Virus record (IMG/VR): IMGVR_UViG_3300047157_000162
Span: 65,538 to 129,537 of that record
Origin: a virus
DNA length: 64,000 nt
Strand: one strand, 5' to 3'
Both the position numbers and the translations under genes were made by a program. The notes beneath the pieces were generated by a model. That model was not told where the DNA came from. It did no database searches and was given only the letters and a program-made list of their open reading frames with translations. Positions 40,803 to 50,535 of this stretch are shown here, one piece after another (position 1 is the stretch's first letter; every line of letters starts with the position of its first letter).

Positions 40803-43800
40803 TTAGGATGAACAACTACTTCCTGCACCTGTTCCATATACAGCATCGCCAAACTTAACGTGAAAAAGACCAGAATTAGAACCACTGCCGCAATTATCAC
40901 CAGCCATTTTAGAAGCAATTACCCTATATTCTCCAGGCGTATCAAATTCCCAAGAATCCTCAACGAAAGCAGGGCCCGTGTTATCAATTGATATTCTCTT
41001 ATAACCAATAGGAGATCCAAAAGTATTGCCGTTAGCTAGCTGAGCAGTGCCCCAAGAAGAACTGCTTGTTGCTCTGTATTGAACTAAATAATCAACATAT
41101 ATATCATCGCTTAAAGTTGTTTCTCTTTGTAAGTGAGGTTTTATATACATCTTACCTTGCGTCAATGCACCCGTTGTTTTAGGAGTAAAAGTAGATCTGA
41201 ATTTAGCATTGTATATTTTATTTGGAGGATACGCTGTATTAAACGGTGTTCCTGCATAAGTACCGCTAACTTGCTGAACTCCGGAAGCAAGAAATTGATA
41301 TTCTATATTTTCATTACATTCAGCATTGGTACCTCCTATTCTTCCCGCACATATAGTTTGCGGAACTGGATCTGTACCAACATTAAAATTGACTACGCAA
41401 GTGTTTGATAAACCAAAACCGTTAGCATCTGTAACTTTAACCTTTATGCTATACGTATTTTCGTTCACTAAAGTACCTGAATTTGCTGTTAAAACACCTG
41501 AAGAACTTATCCTAAATCCATCTAATATAGCTTGACTGTTGCTAGAATCTAGCTCAAAAATTAATTGGCTATCTGAATTACCCCCTGATAAATTACTACC
41601 ATTCTTACCTGTAAAACTGTAAATAGTAGATGTACCTAAAGTAATCCCAGTTAGTTGTAACGGACATGAAGAAGGTGCTGTGAATGTTGGTTGAACATTT
41701 GTAAGCGCTGCGGTATATGTTGTATTATCGGTATATTCTTCTCCAGACGTTGGCTCATACACTGTTTGAAAAGTAAAATTGTAAACGTCATTTGAAGGAT
41801 TGCTAGCTGAACTTTCGCTGTACCAAAAATATGCTCCTGATGCTGTTTTTAATTTGTATTCAGCATTGCTACCCCCTGAATGAACCAATTGAAATTTATT
41901 AGCTACATTGTTACTTTGTCCCACATCACTAGCTCTATAAACTGATAATATAGCGGGTGGTGAAGTGAATAAGGAATTGTTTGTTATATTATTTCCAGCT
42001 CCATCTTTCCATATTATATTACTACTGCCTATTTGACTTCCTGGAGCAATACTTTCCGAAAAAGAAGCAAAGTTATTTCCATCAATACCTATAATTCCAG
42101 CATATTGACTATTTATTATTTCATTCAAAACAGCAACTTTACCTTGAAGTGACGTTTCGTAAAATAATTCTAGAACAGATTCAAATGGCTTTGTCTCAGC
42201 TATTGATAAAAATGGCTGCATGCTTACTATAAGCCCACTTCCGCTAGCTGTTGACCTATCTTTGTTTGTTGTATAAGCCCCTATAGGACCAGGGTAGGTG
42301 GGTCTTGGCTGCGGTTTTGGTGTTTTTCCGTTTTGTACAGTACTTATTTGCATTATAAAAGGATTAGAATCCGAATCGTATAATGGCTGTAATTTAGGTG
42401 CTTGCCCCCACGGAATAGACCCAGTAGGCTCTGTAACCTCTATAACCTCTGTTACCACATTAGGGTTTGAGCCACCATAAACGTACTCGCTATTTGTATC
42501 TATAGATCCATATTCACCTTCAGGAGCATTTGCCACAAAAGGAATAGCTGAAATTTCTAAATCTCTAACTGTAGATATATTTGTTACTTCTTGGCTTAAT
42601 AAATCCGGGTAATACTGTTTATTCCAAGGTGTAAATTTTTGAGGATATCCATAAGGCCTAGCTCCTGCTGATCCGTTTGTATTTATAGCTGGATTATTTA
42701 CTCTTATAAAAAGAGTTTCACTACTACTGTATTCTCTATCATTGGGGCCTACTTCGTTTAAATCTCTAGGTACTTTGTTTATATTGTCACTGAGCAATAC
42801 AGAGAAAGATGTTTTATCTTTTTCCGATGAATTAACTATAGGATAGCCGTTCACAAAACCCGGTAGATACACATTATAGTATTCTTGCTCTTGTTGTTTA
42901 ACGACTACTTTATATGAATACCAACCTAAAGGATTATAATTACTAGACGTAGGATCGCCATTATATACCCCGGGTTGACCCCCTGTGTTTTCAGTACCTA
43001 TAGCGGAATCTACTCTAACACTTAAAGCATCACCTAACCAATCTATAACTTTAGAGTTATTTTCTTGTTGAGCATAGGTCTTGTATGGCGCATATACAGT
43101 TGATCCACCTTCTTCATTTTCATTGTAGTCATGAGAAGATAATATAACATTTGACTGTCTACCGTATCTGTCAACTAATATAAAACCTACTTGGTAAGTT
43201 CTGTTTTGCTTTAAAGTATGAGCTGGGTATTCTACTGTATTCACACTATAAGCATCTCTGTCTTTTATTATAGCAGCATAAGGTATATTAGATGGGCTTG
43301 AATGTTTATCTATGTAATTACCATAAACAACTCTATTTCCTATAACTTCTTGTGACAATGCTTTTACAGGCACTTTGTCATATACCCTGGTAATGTCGTC
43401 GTTAGGAAGTGTTTTATAAGGCTTGCTAGAAGCATAGTTATAAGGATAATAGTAGGTGTTATTATCTCCATGAACAGGATCATGCCAATCTATATAGCCT
43501 AAAGTGGCGGACTTATTAGGTAAGTCATCTATATCTACAGTGTTTAAAACCTTTACAGCTAAAGCATCAGACTCTTTGTAAAGTATATCTATATCTTTTA
43601 TTAAAAGATTATCTATGTTTTGTTGTAAAGTACTATAAGGAAGAGGTATTTTTAATAATATATTTTGAACATTGTTTTCAAACCAAGCTATTATAGTAGA
43701 TTTGTAAGCATTATCCATATCTTCAGTTGAAGAATTATTCCCACCTCCGAAGCTACTAAATTGCTTAGGTATGAATATAGGCTGTGTAAAAGGAGCCATT

Positions 43801-45041
43801 AAAGAATGCTCGTTATCTTCAAATTTAAACCTGTAACTGAATCTAACAAATTTATCTTCTAAAAATTTAGAGTTAGAATCTTGCTGGGACCATAAAGGAT
43901 CATAATCTGGATTTGCGCTAAGCGCCATAACAGCATTACCGGGCCATGGGGATGGTAAATTTATAGGTGCATTAGATAACTTTACTTGCCAAGTCAAAAA
44001 CTCTCCGTTTCCTGAAAAAGCTGTAGCTGTTGCGCTTACTATAGAGGTGTTATTTGGAAGATAACTAGTAGTTCCAGCCACGTTTGTCATTAAAACTAAA
44101 TCCCCTAATTTAGGTATAACAGAAGCCTCTTTGTTTAAAGCTGGAAGAGCAAATTGATAAACAGTGTCAACACCAGTTCCTGAGGGTATACTAATTCCTT
44201 GAACTTTAACGCCGTTAGGATTATACTCATTTGTTTTGTTCGTAGCTGTTGACCTTGTTATAGATAACTTTTGATTAGCGCTAACTGTAACCTGTTTAGA
44301 TAAAGTTATTTTGTTAGCTACTCCTCCTGGGTTTACTGCTACAACATAAACTCTATTGTCCCATCCGCTAGGTACTGTTATTGTTTCTAATGGAAACACA
44401 GCGTCACCTGGATTTATATCAGCAGAGCTATTAATAGTTAAAACACTTATATTTGTACCAGCAGTGGTTACTGTCCGCACAATCCTATCTATAGTTATAA
44501 TAGGCTCACAAGGAGCATACTTAGCTACCGATATTTGGTCTTCTTTACTATAATGAGTGGGACTTGCTACATTTTCTGGATTAGCAAGTGTTACATTTAT
44601 TTTACGAGGTTGATTTAAATTATCGGTAAAAAACAAAAGGTCTTCTACTAAATTAACACCAATTATTGGAAATGATTGATTAAAATTTAAAAAAGCACCC
44701 TTCACTAATGTCTTTCTAGCGTAGTTACCGGATAAAGATAATTCGTATATGTAATTTTTTGAAGATTTATCATAAGTGCCACTTGCGTTATTGTGATCAG
44801 TTGCAAAGATAAACACTCTGTTCTTAGATTCATCTATATAAAATCCTATTATAATAGCTGAATTTTCTGTCTGTGAAATTAATTTATTACCTAAAATATT
44901 CTCAAATTCACCAACAGTAGATCCTTCTGATCTGCTTAAACATAGGTTAATAGCTTCTCTATATTCACCGTTAGGTAATATACGAGAGTCAAGATCTTGA
45001 TTCATCTTGCCCTTAAGAAATGTATTTTTAATTTCAGCCAT
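40803..45041 (-). CDS. Tail tubular / stabilization (nozzle-like) protein with Ig/cadherin-like C-terminal extension
   Basis: GKMNQDLDSRILPNGEYREAIN; LFFTDNLNQPRKIN; GNRVVYGNY; YQVGFILVDRYGRQS. Confidence 0.75.
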   Translation of the reverse strand: MAEIKNTFLKGKMNQDLDSRILPNGEYREAINLCLSRSEGSTVGEFENILGNKLISQTENSAIIIGFYIDESKNRVFIFATDHNNASGTYDKSSKNYIYELSLSGNYARKTLVKGAFLNFNQSFPIIGVNLVEDLLFFTDNLNQPRKINVTLANPENVASPTHYSKEDQISVAKYAPCEPIITIDRIVRTVTTAGTNISVLTINSSADINPGDAVFPLETITVPSGWDNRVYVVAVNPGGVANKITLSKQVTVSANQKLSITRSTATNKTNEYNPNGVKVQGISIPSGTGVDTVYQFALPALNKEASVIPKLGDLVLMTNVAGTTSYLPNNTSIVSATATAFSGNGEFLTWQVKLSNAPINLPSPWPGNAVMALSANPDYDPLWSQQDSNSKFLEDKFVRFSYRFKFEDNEHSLMAPFTQPIFIPKQFSSFGGGNNSSTEDMDNAYKSTIIAWFENNVQNILLKIPLPYSTLQQNIDNLLIKDIDILYKESDALAVKVLNTVDIDDLPNKSATLGYIDWHDPVHGDNNTYYYPYNYASSKPYKTLPNDDITRVYDKVPVKALSQEVIGNRVVYGNYIDKHSSPSNIPYAAIIKDRDAYSVNTVEYPAHTLKQNRTYQVGFILVDRYGRQSNVILSSHDYNENEEGGSTVYAPYKTYAQQENNSKVIDWLGDALSVRVDSAIGTENTGGQPGVYNGDPTSSNYNPLGWYSYKVVVKQQEQEYYNVYLPGFVNGYPIVNSSEKDKTSFSVLLSDNINKVPRDLNEVGPNDREYSSSETLFIRVNNPAINTNGSAGARPYGYPQKFTPWNKQYYPDLLSQEVTNISTVRDLEISAIPFVANAPEGEYGSIDTNSEYVYGGSNPNVVTEVIEVTEPTGSIPWGQAPKLQPLYDSDSNPFIMQISTVQNGKTPKPQPRPTYPGPIGAYTTNKDRSTASGSGLIVSMQPFLSIAETKPFESVLELFYETSLQGKVAVLNEIINSQYAGIIGIDGNNFASFSESIAPGSQIGSSNIIWKDGAGNNITNNSLFTSPPAILSVYRASDVGQSNNVANKFQLVHSGGSNAEYKLKTASGAYFWYSESSASNPSNDVYNFTFQTVYEPTSGEEYTDNTTYTAALTNVQPTFTAPSSCPLQLTGITLGTSTIYSFTGKNGSNLSGGNSDSQLIFELDSSNSQAILDGFRISSSGVLTANSGTLVNENTYSIKVKVTDANGFGLSNTCVVNFNVGTDPVPQTICAGRIGGTNAECNENIEYQFLASGVQQVSGTYAGTPFNTAYPPNKIYNAKFRSTFTPKTTGALTQGKMYIKPHLQRETTLSDDIYVDYLVQYRATSSSSWGTAQLANGNTFGSPIGYKRISIDNTGPAFVEDSWEFDTPGEYRVIASKMAGDNCGSGSNSGLFHVKFGDAVYGTGAGSSCSS

Positions 45042-45046
45042 TTAGT

Positions 45047-46234
45047 TTAATGTTTTAACCATTTAGATTTACCTCTCATTACTTGAACTATTTCATCAAG
45101 TTTTATATTTGATAATCTTAATTTAGCGTTTCTTAATTTAGCGCTTCTCTCTTGCTTTAATCTTCTAACTATATATTCAGGTTGGTTTATTCTAGAAGCT
45201 ACGATAGCGTGGCTTATATGAGCATATAGAGCCTCTTCTGCTAGCTTAGGAACTTGCGTGTCCATATCGTAAGCTAATCCGTCTGATACGTATTCTAAAA
45301 CTATTAATGCCTCTGCTAAATTACTTGAGAAAGACATTTTGCCTTCTCTTTGATTTATAGTAAACCATCCGTTTATTTGAGCATGTTGAGGATCCAGCCC
45401 GTAATTTTGTCCTAATAACTGTTCTCCCCATCCCCAGTTGTCATATCCTTCTGTAGTATCCTGGTTTATTAAATCATCATTTGCTGTCCTCCATCTTTCC
45501 TCTGTTACCGATGTACCTTCTATATTGTCACCAAAACTGTCTTGTGTTGGAACACCTTTAGAATCTTGTATAGGACTTTCAAATGGGTTTGTAGTTAAAT
45601 TGTTTGCAGGATATATAGGTCTTTTAACACCTAGCTGATCTATCCAAGATACCTTTGTGTAGTTTACGTAATCTTGTGGTATCACAACGCTTAATTCAGG
45701 GGGTACATTTAATTCTTGTGACTTAATACTTTTTAATGTATCATAGCTAAATTCTTGCATCCCACGTTTAGCGTGAAATATTATATCAGTTCTTTTACAA
45801 CTAGGTATTAACTTACCTGTACCAACATAAGCTATTTGAAAGTTGTTTATTATATCCTCTAAAGATATATAACTGTAGCTACCATAGTTTTCTTCAACAG
45901 TATTACCGTAGGCATCCCTGTTTCCATATTCACCACCACTTAGTATTTTTAATTGAACAACCACACTTGTGTTAGCTCCTAAATTGCCGGAAATAGTTAT
46001 TTTATTATCAACAACAGTATATGTACTAGTATACTCTGTATATGTTGAAACCCCTGCGTTTGCGGTATATAACTTAAAGTTGTTTAAGGCATAATTTGCA
46101 TTAGAGGGATTATAACTACCAAGCACTAAGTCTGTATCAAAGGTAGTCGTAAAGGCTTGATTTTCCCCAGCTGCAGATAAAAACTTTTGTACACCTGCGT
46201 AATATTGCTGATTATTTTCTGTGATTAAGCCCAT
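45047..46234 (-). CDS. Tail ring / adaptor protein
   Basis: IPQDYVNY motif; position in the head-tail module. Confidence 0.6.
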   Translation of the reverse strand: MGLITENNQQYYAGVQKFLSAAGENQAFTTTFDTDLVLGSYNPSNANYALNNFKLYTANAGVSTYTEYTSTYTVVDNKITISGNLGANTSVVVQLKILSGGEYGNRDAYGNTVEENYGSYSYISLEDIINNFQIAYVGTGKLIPSCKRTDIIFHAKRGMQEFSYDTLKSIKSQELNVPPELSVVIPQDYVNYTKVSWIDQLGVKRPIYPANNLTTNPFESPIQDSKGVPTQDSFGDNIEGTSVTEERWRTANDDLINQDTTEGYDNWGWGEQLLGQNYGLDPQHAQINGWFTINQREGKMSFSSNLAEALIVLEYVSDGLAYDMDTQVPKLAEEALYAHISHAIVASRINQPEYIVRRLKQERSAKLRNAKLRLSNIKLDEIVQVMRGKSKWLKH

Positions 46235-46240
46235 GAATTA

Positions 46241-46936
46241 TTAAGATTTTTCGTTTATGTCTTCTTGTTGTATTTTTTGAGATGCTACTTGTATTATAGT
46301 AGGGTCTTGTATTATAACTCCTGAATATAATAATATACCTGTAATAACATCAACTTGTTCAGACGGATGTAATTCAAAGTTGACTGAAGAATCAGCATTA
46401 TAAATGTATTGACCTAAGCTACCAACTGAATATCCCCAATTTATCATCGCAGGCTGCTTCAAGTAAGATACTTGAATATTAGAGGTTATACTTGTTGGGT
46501 ATACACTTATCTTAGTGTCTTCGTATAAAAATACAGGTTGTTTTTTAGTTGGTGCAAGTAATGGTGATTTCTTTATTTTATACCATTCATTTCTTTGCAC
46601 CATTTGAGCTTCAATGGTATCGTCATATATAACAGTGCCTAACCTATAGAAGTTCGGCAATGAAGCAGTTGTGAAGTGATTTGTTGAAAAAGTAGGTGTG
46701 GCTATTTTTTTAAATATATCTAGTTTTTCTTCTAGGTTTTTAACTCTGTTAGCATACTCGTTGTCATTTTCCGGTATACGAAGCTGTTGATTCAGGTCAC
46801 TCATATATTTTTCAAATATACCCTGCTGAACTTGATTACCTACTTTATTAAACTCGTCCGGAGTTATATAACCTCTTTGTTGTTGGTTAAGTATTAATAA
46901 GACAGTTTTATAAACTAAATCTACATTTATAGCCAT
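46241..46936 (-). CDS. Head-tail adaptor (ring) protein
   Basis: GYITPDEFN; YLKQP; FELHPSE. Confidence 0.6.
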   Translation of the reverse strand: MAINVDLVYKTVLLILNQQQRGYITPDEFNKVGNQVQQGIFEKYMSDLNQQLRIPENDNEYANRVKNLEEKLDIFKKIATPTFSTNHFTTASLPNFYRLGTVIYDDTIEAQMVQRNEWYKIKKSPLLAPTKKQPVFLYEDTKISVYPTSITSNIQVSYLKQPAMINWGYSVGSLGQYIYNADSSVNFELHPSEQVDVITGILLYSGVIIQDPTIIQVASQKIQQEDINEKS

Positions 46937-46991
46937 TATTTATTTTTTTATTATAATACCAGCCGGCCACGGTAAGTAGCCAGCTAATATT

Positions 46992-47018
46992 AATATTACA
47001 TGTTATTCTAAGTTTTTC
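46992..47018 (-). promoter_or_regulatory. Class-II promoter-like motif followed by a 10-bp leader hairpin (46961-46985)
   Basis: GAAAAA...AACATGTAATATT; hairpin AGCUGGCUAC/GUGGCCGGCU on the minus strand. Confidence 0.45.
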
Positions 47019-47833
47019 TCTACTGACCTATAAACTTCTACACCTTCATCGGTTTTAAAGTAAGATGCCATAGCAGAGTATGGGTTTTCATCAAAAGGTA
47101 CAGTCATTAATTTTCTACCGTTTGATCCCCATGTGAAAGTTCTTTGATCTTGGGATAATACAACAATACCCATTTCTGTAGCTTTTATAGCTACATTCCT
47201 TAATTGTACGTTGTCGTCACTTGCTAGCTCCATAAATAAATCTGGATTCTTTTTAGCAAATAACATAAGGTCCCTCTTAAGTTCTTTTGAACTCATTTCT
47301 GAAACCTTAGATCCTAGTTCAACCCTTAAAATTGCTTCAGCGTCATCTATATCCATAGACCTAGCTGCTACCATAGCTTCTATTTGAATTTCTAAATCGT
47401 CTAATTCATCTTCTGCTATTTCTATTGGTTTGTATTCATAATACAAAACATTTCTTTTAGGGTGATATAAAGAAAGAAGCTTTTGTAAATTTTGCCTTTG
47501 TTTTGGCACTGTTAAAACGCCTTCTTTAAAAACTATATGTCCTAAAGTTGACTCTCCTTTTTGCTCTTCTTTAAGCGGAGAGTTTTGATTTACAGCATAT
47601 CTTAATTCTTTTTGAGTAGCTGTTTTATCATCAAACCATAATAAAGGGTATCTGTGTGTATGTCTTGAATTTAATGTAAAAGTTACAGGGCTTTTATTAC
47701 CCTTCAAGAGATAAGTTCTATCTTTTATTTCCCAACTTGGTTTAGCTGGTTGTGCTTTTGCAGGGGCTTTTGCCACTACTTCTTGCTGAGGAGCAACCTC
47801 AACTTTCTTTGCTGGTGCTTTTTTTGCAGCCAT
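47003..47833 (-). CDS. Hypothetical protein downstream of the capsid gene
   Basis: 276 aa. Confidence 0.75.
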   Translation of the reverse strand: MAAKKAPAKKVEVAPQQEVVAKAPAKAQPAKPSWEIKDRTYLLKGNKSPVTFTLNSRHTHRYPLLWFDDKTATQKELRYAVNQNSPLKEEQKGESTLGHIVFKEGVLTVPKQRQNLQKLLSLYHPKRNVLYYEYKPIEIAEDELDDLEIQIEAMVAARSMDIDDAEAILRVELGSKVSEMSSKELKRDLMLFAKKNPDLFMELASDDNVQLRNVAIKATEMGIVVLSQDQRTFTWGSNGRKLMTVPFDENPYSAMASYFKTDEGVEVYRSVEKNLE

Positions 47834-47859
47834 GATATAATATAATTAAATAGTTAAGA

Positions 47860-47900
47860 GTAAGGTCTACCCCTGTCAGTTCAACAAGGGTAATCCTTAC
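47860..47900 (-). terminator. Hairpin after the major capsid gene (terminator or mRNA stabiliser)
   Basis: GTAAGG..TACCC / GGGTA..CCTTAC. Confidence 0.5.
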
Positions 47901-47907
47901 AAAATTA

Positions 47908-49365
47908 TTATGCTCCTTTGAATAACACGAAGTTATTAGCAGCTTGAGTTACTAAACATCTTTCAGATAAGAAGTGAACCTGCATTGCATCTAAATCAGA
48001 GGTAGAAGCTCCACCAACAGATCCAGTGATCCAGTTTTTCATTCTTCTATCATCAGCTTGAGAAGCTCTATATCTTACGTGTAAGAAAGGTCTTCTGATG
48101 TTAGTTCCTAATATTTGATCGTAAACTGTAGAAGTTCCAGCAGGTACTAATACACCATCAATTCCAGAAGCAGCAACACCTCCACGAGTAGAAGCATCGT
48201 TTAAGTATTTCCAGTCAGTCTTGTAGAAGTCATAAGAACCTCTTCTGAATCCAGAGAAACCTAAGTTCAATGCCATCTCTTCAGAGTTTTCAAATAAACC
48301 ATAAGCAGTTCCACCTTGTGCTCCAGCAGAAAGGCTAGCTAGCATATCATCAAAGTCTAAAGAAGTAGCTCTGTTTAAGAAAAGCATATTTTCTTCAATA
48401 GCACCTTGAGTATCTAAGTTCTTCAAAATATTGTCAAAAGTAGCTAACTGATCACCTGCGTTTGCAGCTGTGAAACCAGTAACGGTGTTACCTCTTTCAT
48501 CAATAGCAGAGAAAAGCCCTTGAGTACCTTTTACAGTATTTCCTAAAGTTGATGTAGATGATTTTAACTCACCTTCAATAACAGACATTTCTAAGTAATC
48601 TTCAAAACGTAATCTTGTTTCAGATTCAGCTTTTAAGTACCATAAGAAACCTCCTTGACCAGACTCAGTAGCTACTTCAACCCATCCAATCTGAGCAGTG
48701 TCAGATCCATTGATTTGGTAACGATCTCTAATAATAATTGGAGAATTTGAGTATTGTTTAAATTGAGGAGATACTGATATAGGATCGTAACTTGCTCCAT
48801 TTCCACTTCCTTTAGCGTACTCAGAACCGTATACAAATACTTTTAAGTTACTTTTTGCAGCTAAATCTGGCTCAGAACCGCTAGTACTATCTAAAGTTGC
48901 TTGAGTATAAGGTTTTATGGTTAAAGTAACAGTACCGCTAGCTCCTGAAGCTCCTGTTTGACTTACTACAAAACATTTAAGTTCATCCCCTGTAGCAGGA
49001 TTCATAACTACGATAGTAGCATTATTGCTAATAACACACTGCTTATCAGCAGACTGAGCTATTGCTAAAGTTGTTCCTGCAGCATTTGAAACTACACTAT
49101 CGTAAGAAATATGTAATCTGTTTTGCTCAGACCAAACGATCTGATCAGAAGACATTGGCATCTCAGCCCCTACCATTCTTAAGAATCCAGATAAAGTTCT
49201 GTTTCCGTAACGCTCTACTTCAGCCTCATAGATCTCTGGTAAGTACTGTTGTGAAAAGTTCTTTCCTGTTCCATCGGTAAAGTTTAAATAATTGTCCGCC
49301 AAAGTCTGTTGTTTTTGACTTGGGGTGATTGATCCAAATACTGGATCTACTGGTATTGCAGCCAT
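47908..49365 (-). CDS. Major capsid protein
   Basis: 485 aa after the scaffold; QYLPEIYEAEVERYGNR, WSEQNRLH, GTQGLFSAI; codon usage typical of high expression. Confidence 0.8.
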   Translation of the reverse strand: MAAIPVDPVFGSITPSQKQQTLADNYLNFTDGTGKNFSQQYLPEIYEAEVERYGNRTLSGFLRMVGAEMPMSSDQIVWSEQNRLHISYDSVVSNAAGTTLAIAQSADKQCVISNNATIVVMNPATGDELKCFVVSQTGASGASGTVTLTIKPYTQATLDSTSGSEPDLAAKSNLKVFVYGSEYAKGSGNGASYDPISVSPQFKQYSNSPIIIRDRYQINGSDTAQIGWVEVATESGQGGFLWYLKAESETRLRFEDYLEMSVIEGELKSSTSTLGNTVKGTQGLFSAIDERGNTVTGFTAANAGDQLATFDNILKNLDTQGAIEENMLFLNRATSLDFDDMLASLSAGAQGGTAYGLFENSEEMALNLGFSGFRRGSYDFYKTDWKYLNDASTRGGVAASGIDGVLVPAGTSTVYDQILGTNIRRPFLHVRYRASQADDRRMKNWITGSVGGASTSDLDAMQVHFLSERCLVTQAANNFVLFKGA

Positions 49366-49380
49366 AATTTTTTAATTTTT

Positions 49381-50508
49381 TTAGTTAAATTTTTTTGTTT
49401 TAATTCTAAGTTTAGAAGAATCAGGACCGCTTAGTGATTTAACTTTTATTCCGTTTACAAACTCACCAGAGCTAGTTTGTCTTGGCTCTGTGCTAGGATT
49501 TTTAGAACTACTAACTATTTCTTTAGTAGCATCTGTTCTCCCTTGTTCATAAAAATGATTAATAATCTTATCAGCATTTGAAGCGATGTAAATAGCTTTG
49601 TGATAACCTTTCGTGTCTTTTATATTACCGCTATCGTCAAGAAACTTTCCTACGAAATTGTTAATACTTGATTGGTTCTCTGCAACTTTGTTAGGATCTT
49701 GTAAACCATATCTAAACTTCTTTTTACCTACATTGAAGTCAAAACCTTTGAATTCATTAGTAAAGTAATCATTTGTTTTTGATTTAAAGTCCGAATGCTG
49801 TTGCTCAGCTATCTTCTGATCTTCTTGATATCTGTTGAAAAACTCTGTTGCTTTTTGTTGTTCCTGAGTAACGCCGGGTCTCAACTTGATTTCGTCGTAA
49901 TATTCACTCTTGGTTTTTTCCAAAAAGCTTTTAGCTTTTCCAACTTCTTCTTTAAACGCAATTTTCTTTTTGCGTATATCTCTTTCCTCATCTAAGTCTT
50001 CGTCATAATCGTAGTCTTCTAATAGTAGGCTAACGTCATCTGATTCTAGATAAGGTTTTGTTTGTTTGTAATATTCTCTTAATAGTGTTTTATCATCAAC
50101 ACTTGAGTAGTCTGCGTTTAATCTAACGTAGTCCTCCACTGATCCACCTGTCTCTTCCATAAAGGTAACAAGTTTATCTATGTTTTCCGGTAACACTCTT
50201 TGCTCAGCTACTGGTTGAGGTTGTTGTTCAATAACTTTTTCAGGCTCTTGAGTGGGTTCTTCATCTACAATTTCTATAATACCATCTTGTGCAGTGTCGT
50301 CCGGTGTATCGTTAATTACAATAACAGGTTCTTCAGCTACATCTTCTTTAACTTCTGGTATTACCACCTTAGCAACCTCTTCGGCTATTGGTTCTTTTAT
50401 TTCATCTATATTAACCTTTACAGGTTCGCTAGATTGATTACCTAATTGCTTAGGATTTTTTTTCTTGGATTTAATTTTAAAATCCCCTTCTTTTTTTACT
50501 TCTGACAT
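49381..50508 (-). CDS. Scaffolding protein-like
   Basis: Acidic disordered N-terminus, helical C-terminus with FYEQG; between portal and capsid genes. Confidence 0.65.
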   Translation of the reverse strand: MSEVKKEGDFKIKSKKKNPKQLGNQSSEPVKVNIDEIKEPIAEEVAKVVIPEVKEDVAEEPVIVINDTPDDTAQDGIIEIVDEEPTQEPEKVIEQQPQPVAEQRVLPENIDKLVTFMEETGGSVEDYVRLNADYSSVDDKTLLREYYKQTKPYLESDDVSLLLEDYDYDEDLDEERDIRKKKIAFKEEVGKAKSFLEKTKSEYYDEIKLRPGVTQEQQKATEFFNRYQEDQKIAEQQHSDFKSKTNDYFTNEFKGFDFNVGKKKFRYGLQDPNKVAENQSSINNFVGKFLDDSGNIKDTKGYHKAIYIASNADKIINHFYEQGRTDATKEIVSSSKNPSTEPRQTSSGEFVNGIKVKSLSGPDSSKLRIKTKKFN

Positions 50509-50535
50509 AATATAATATAATTAAATAATTGTTTA

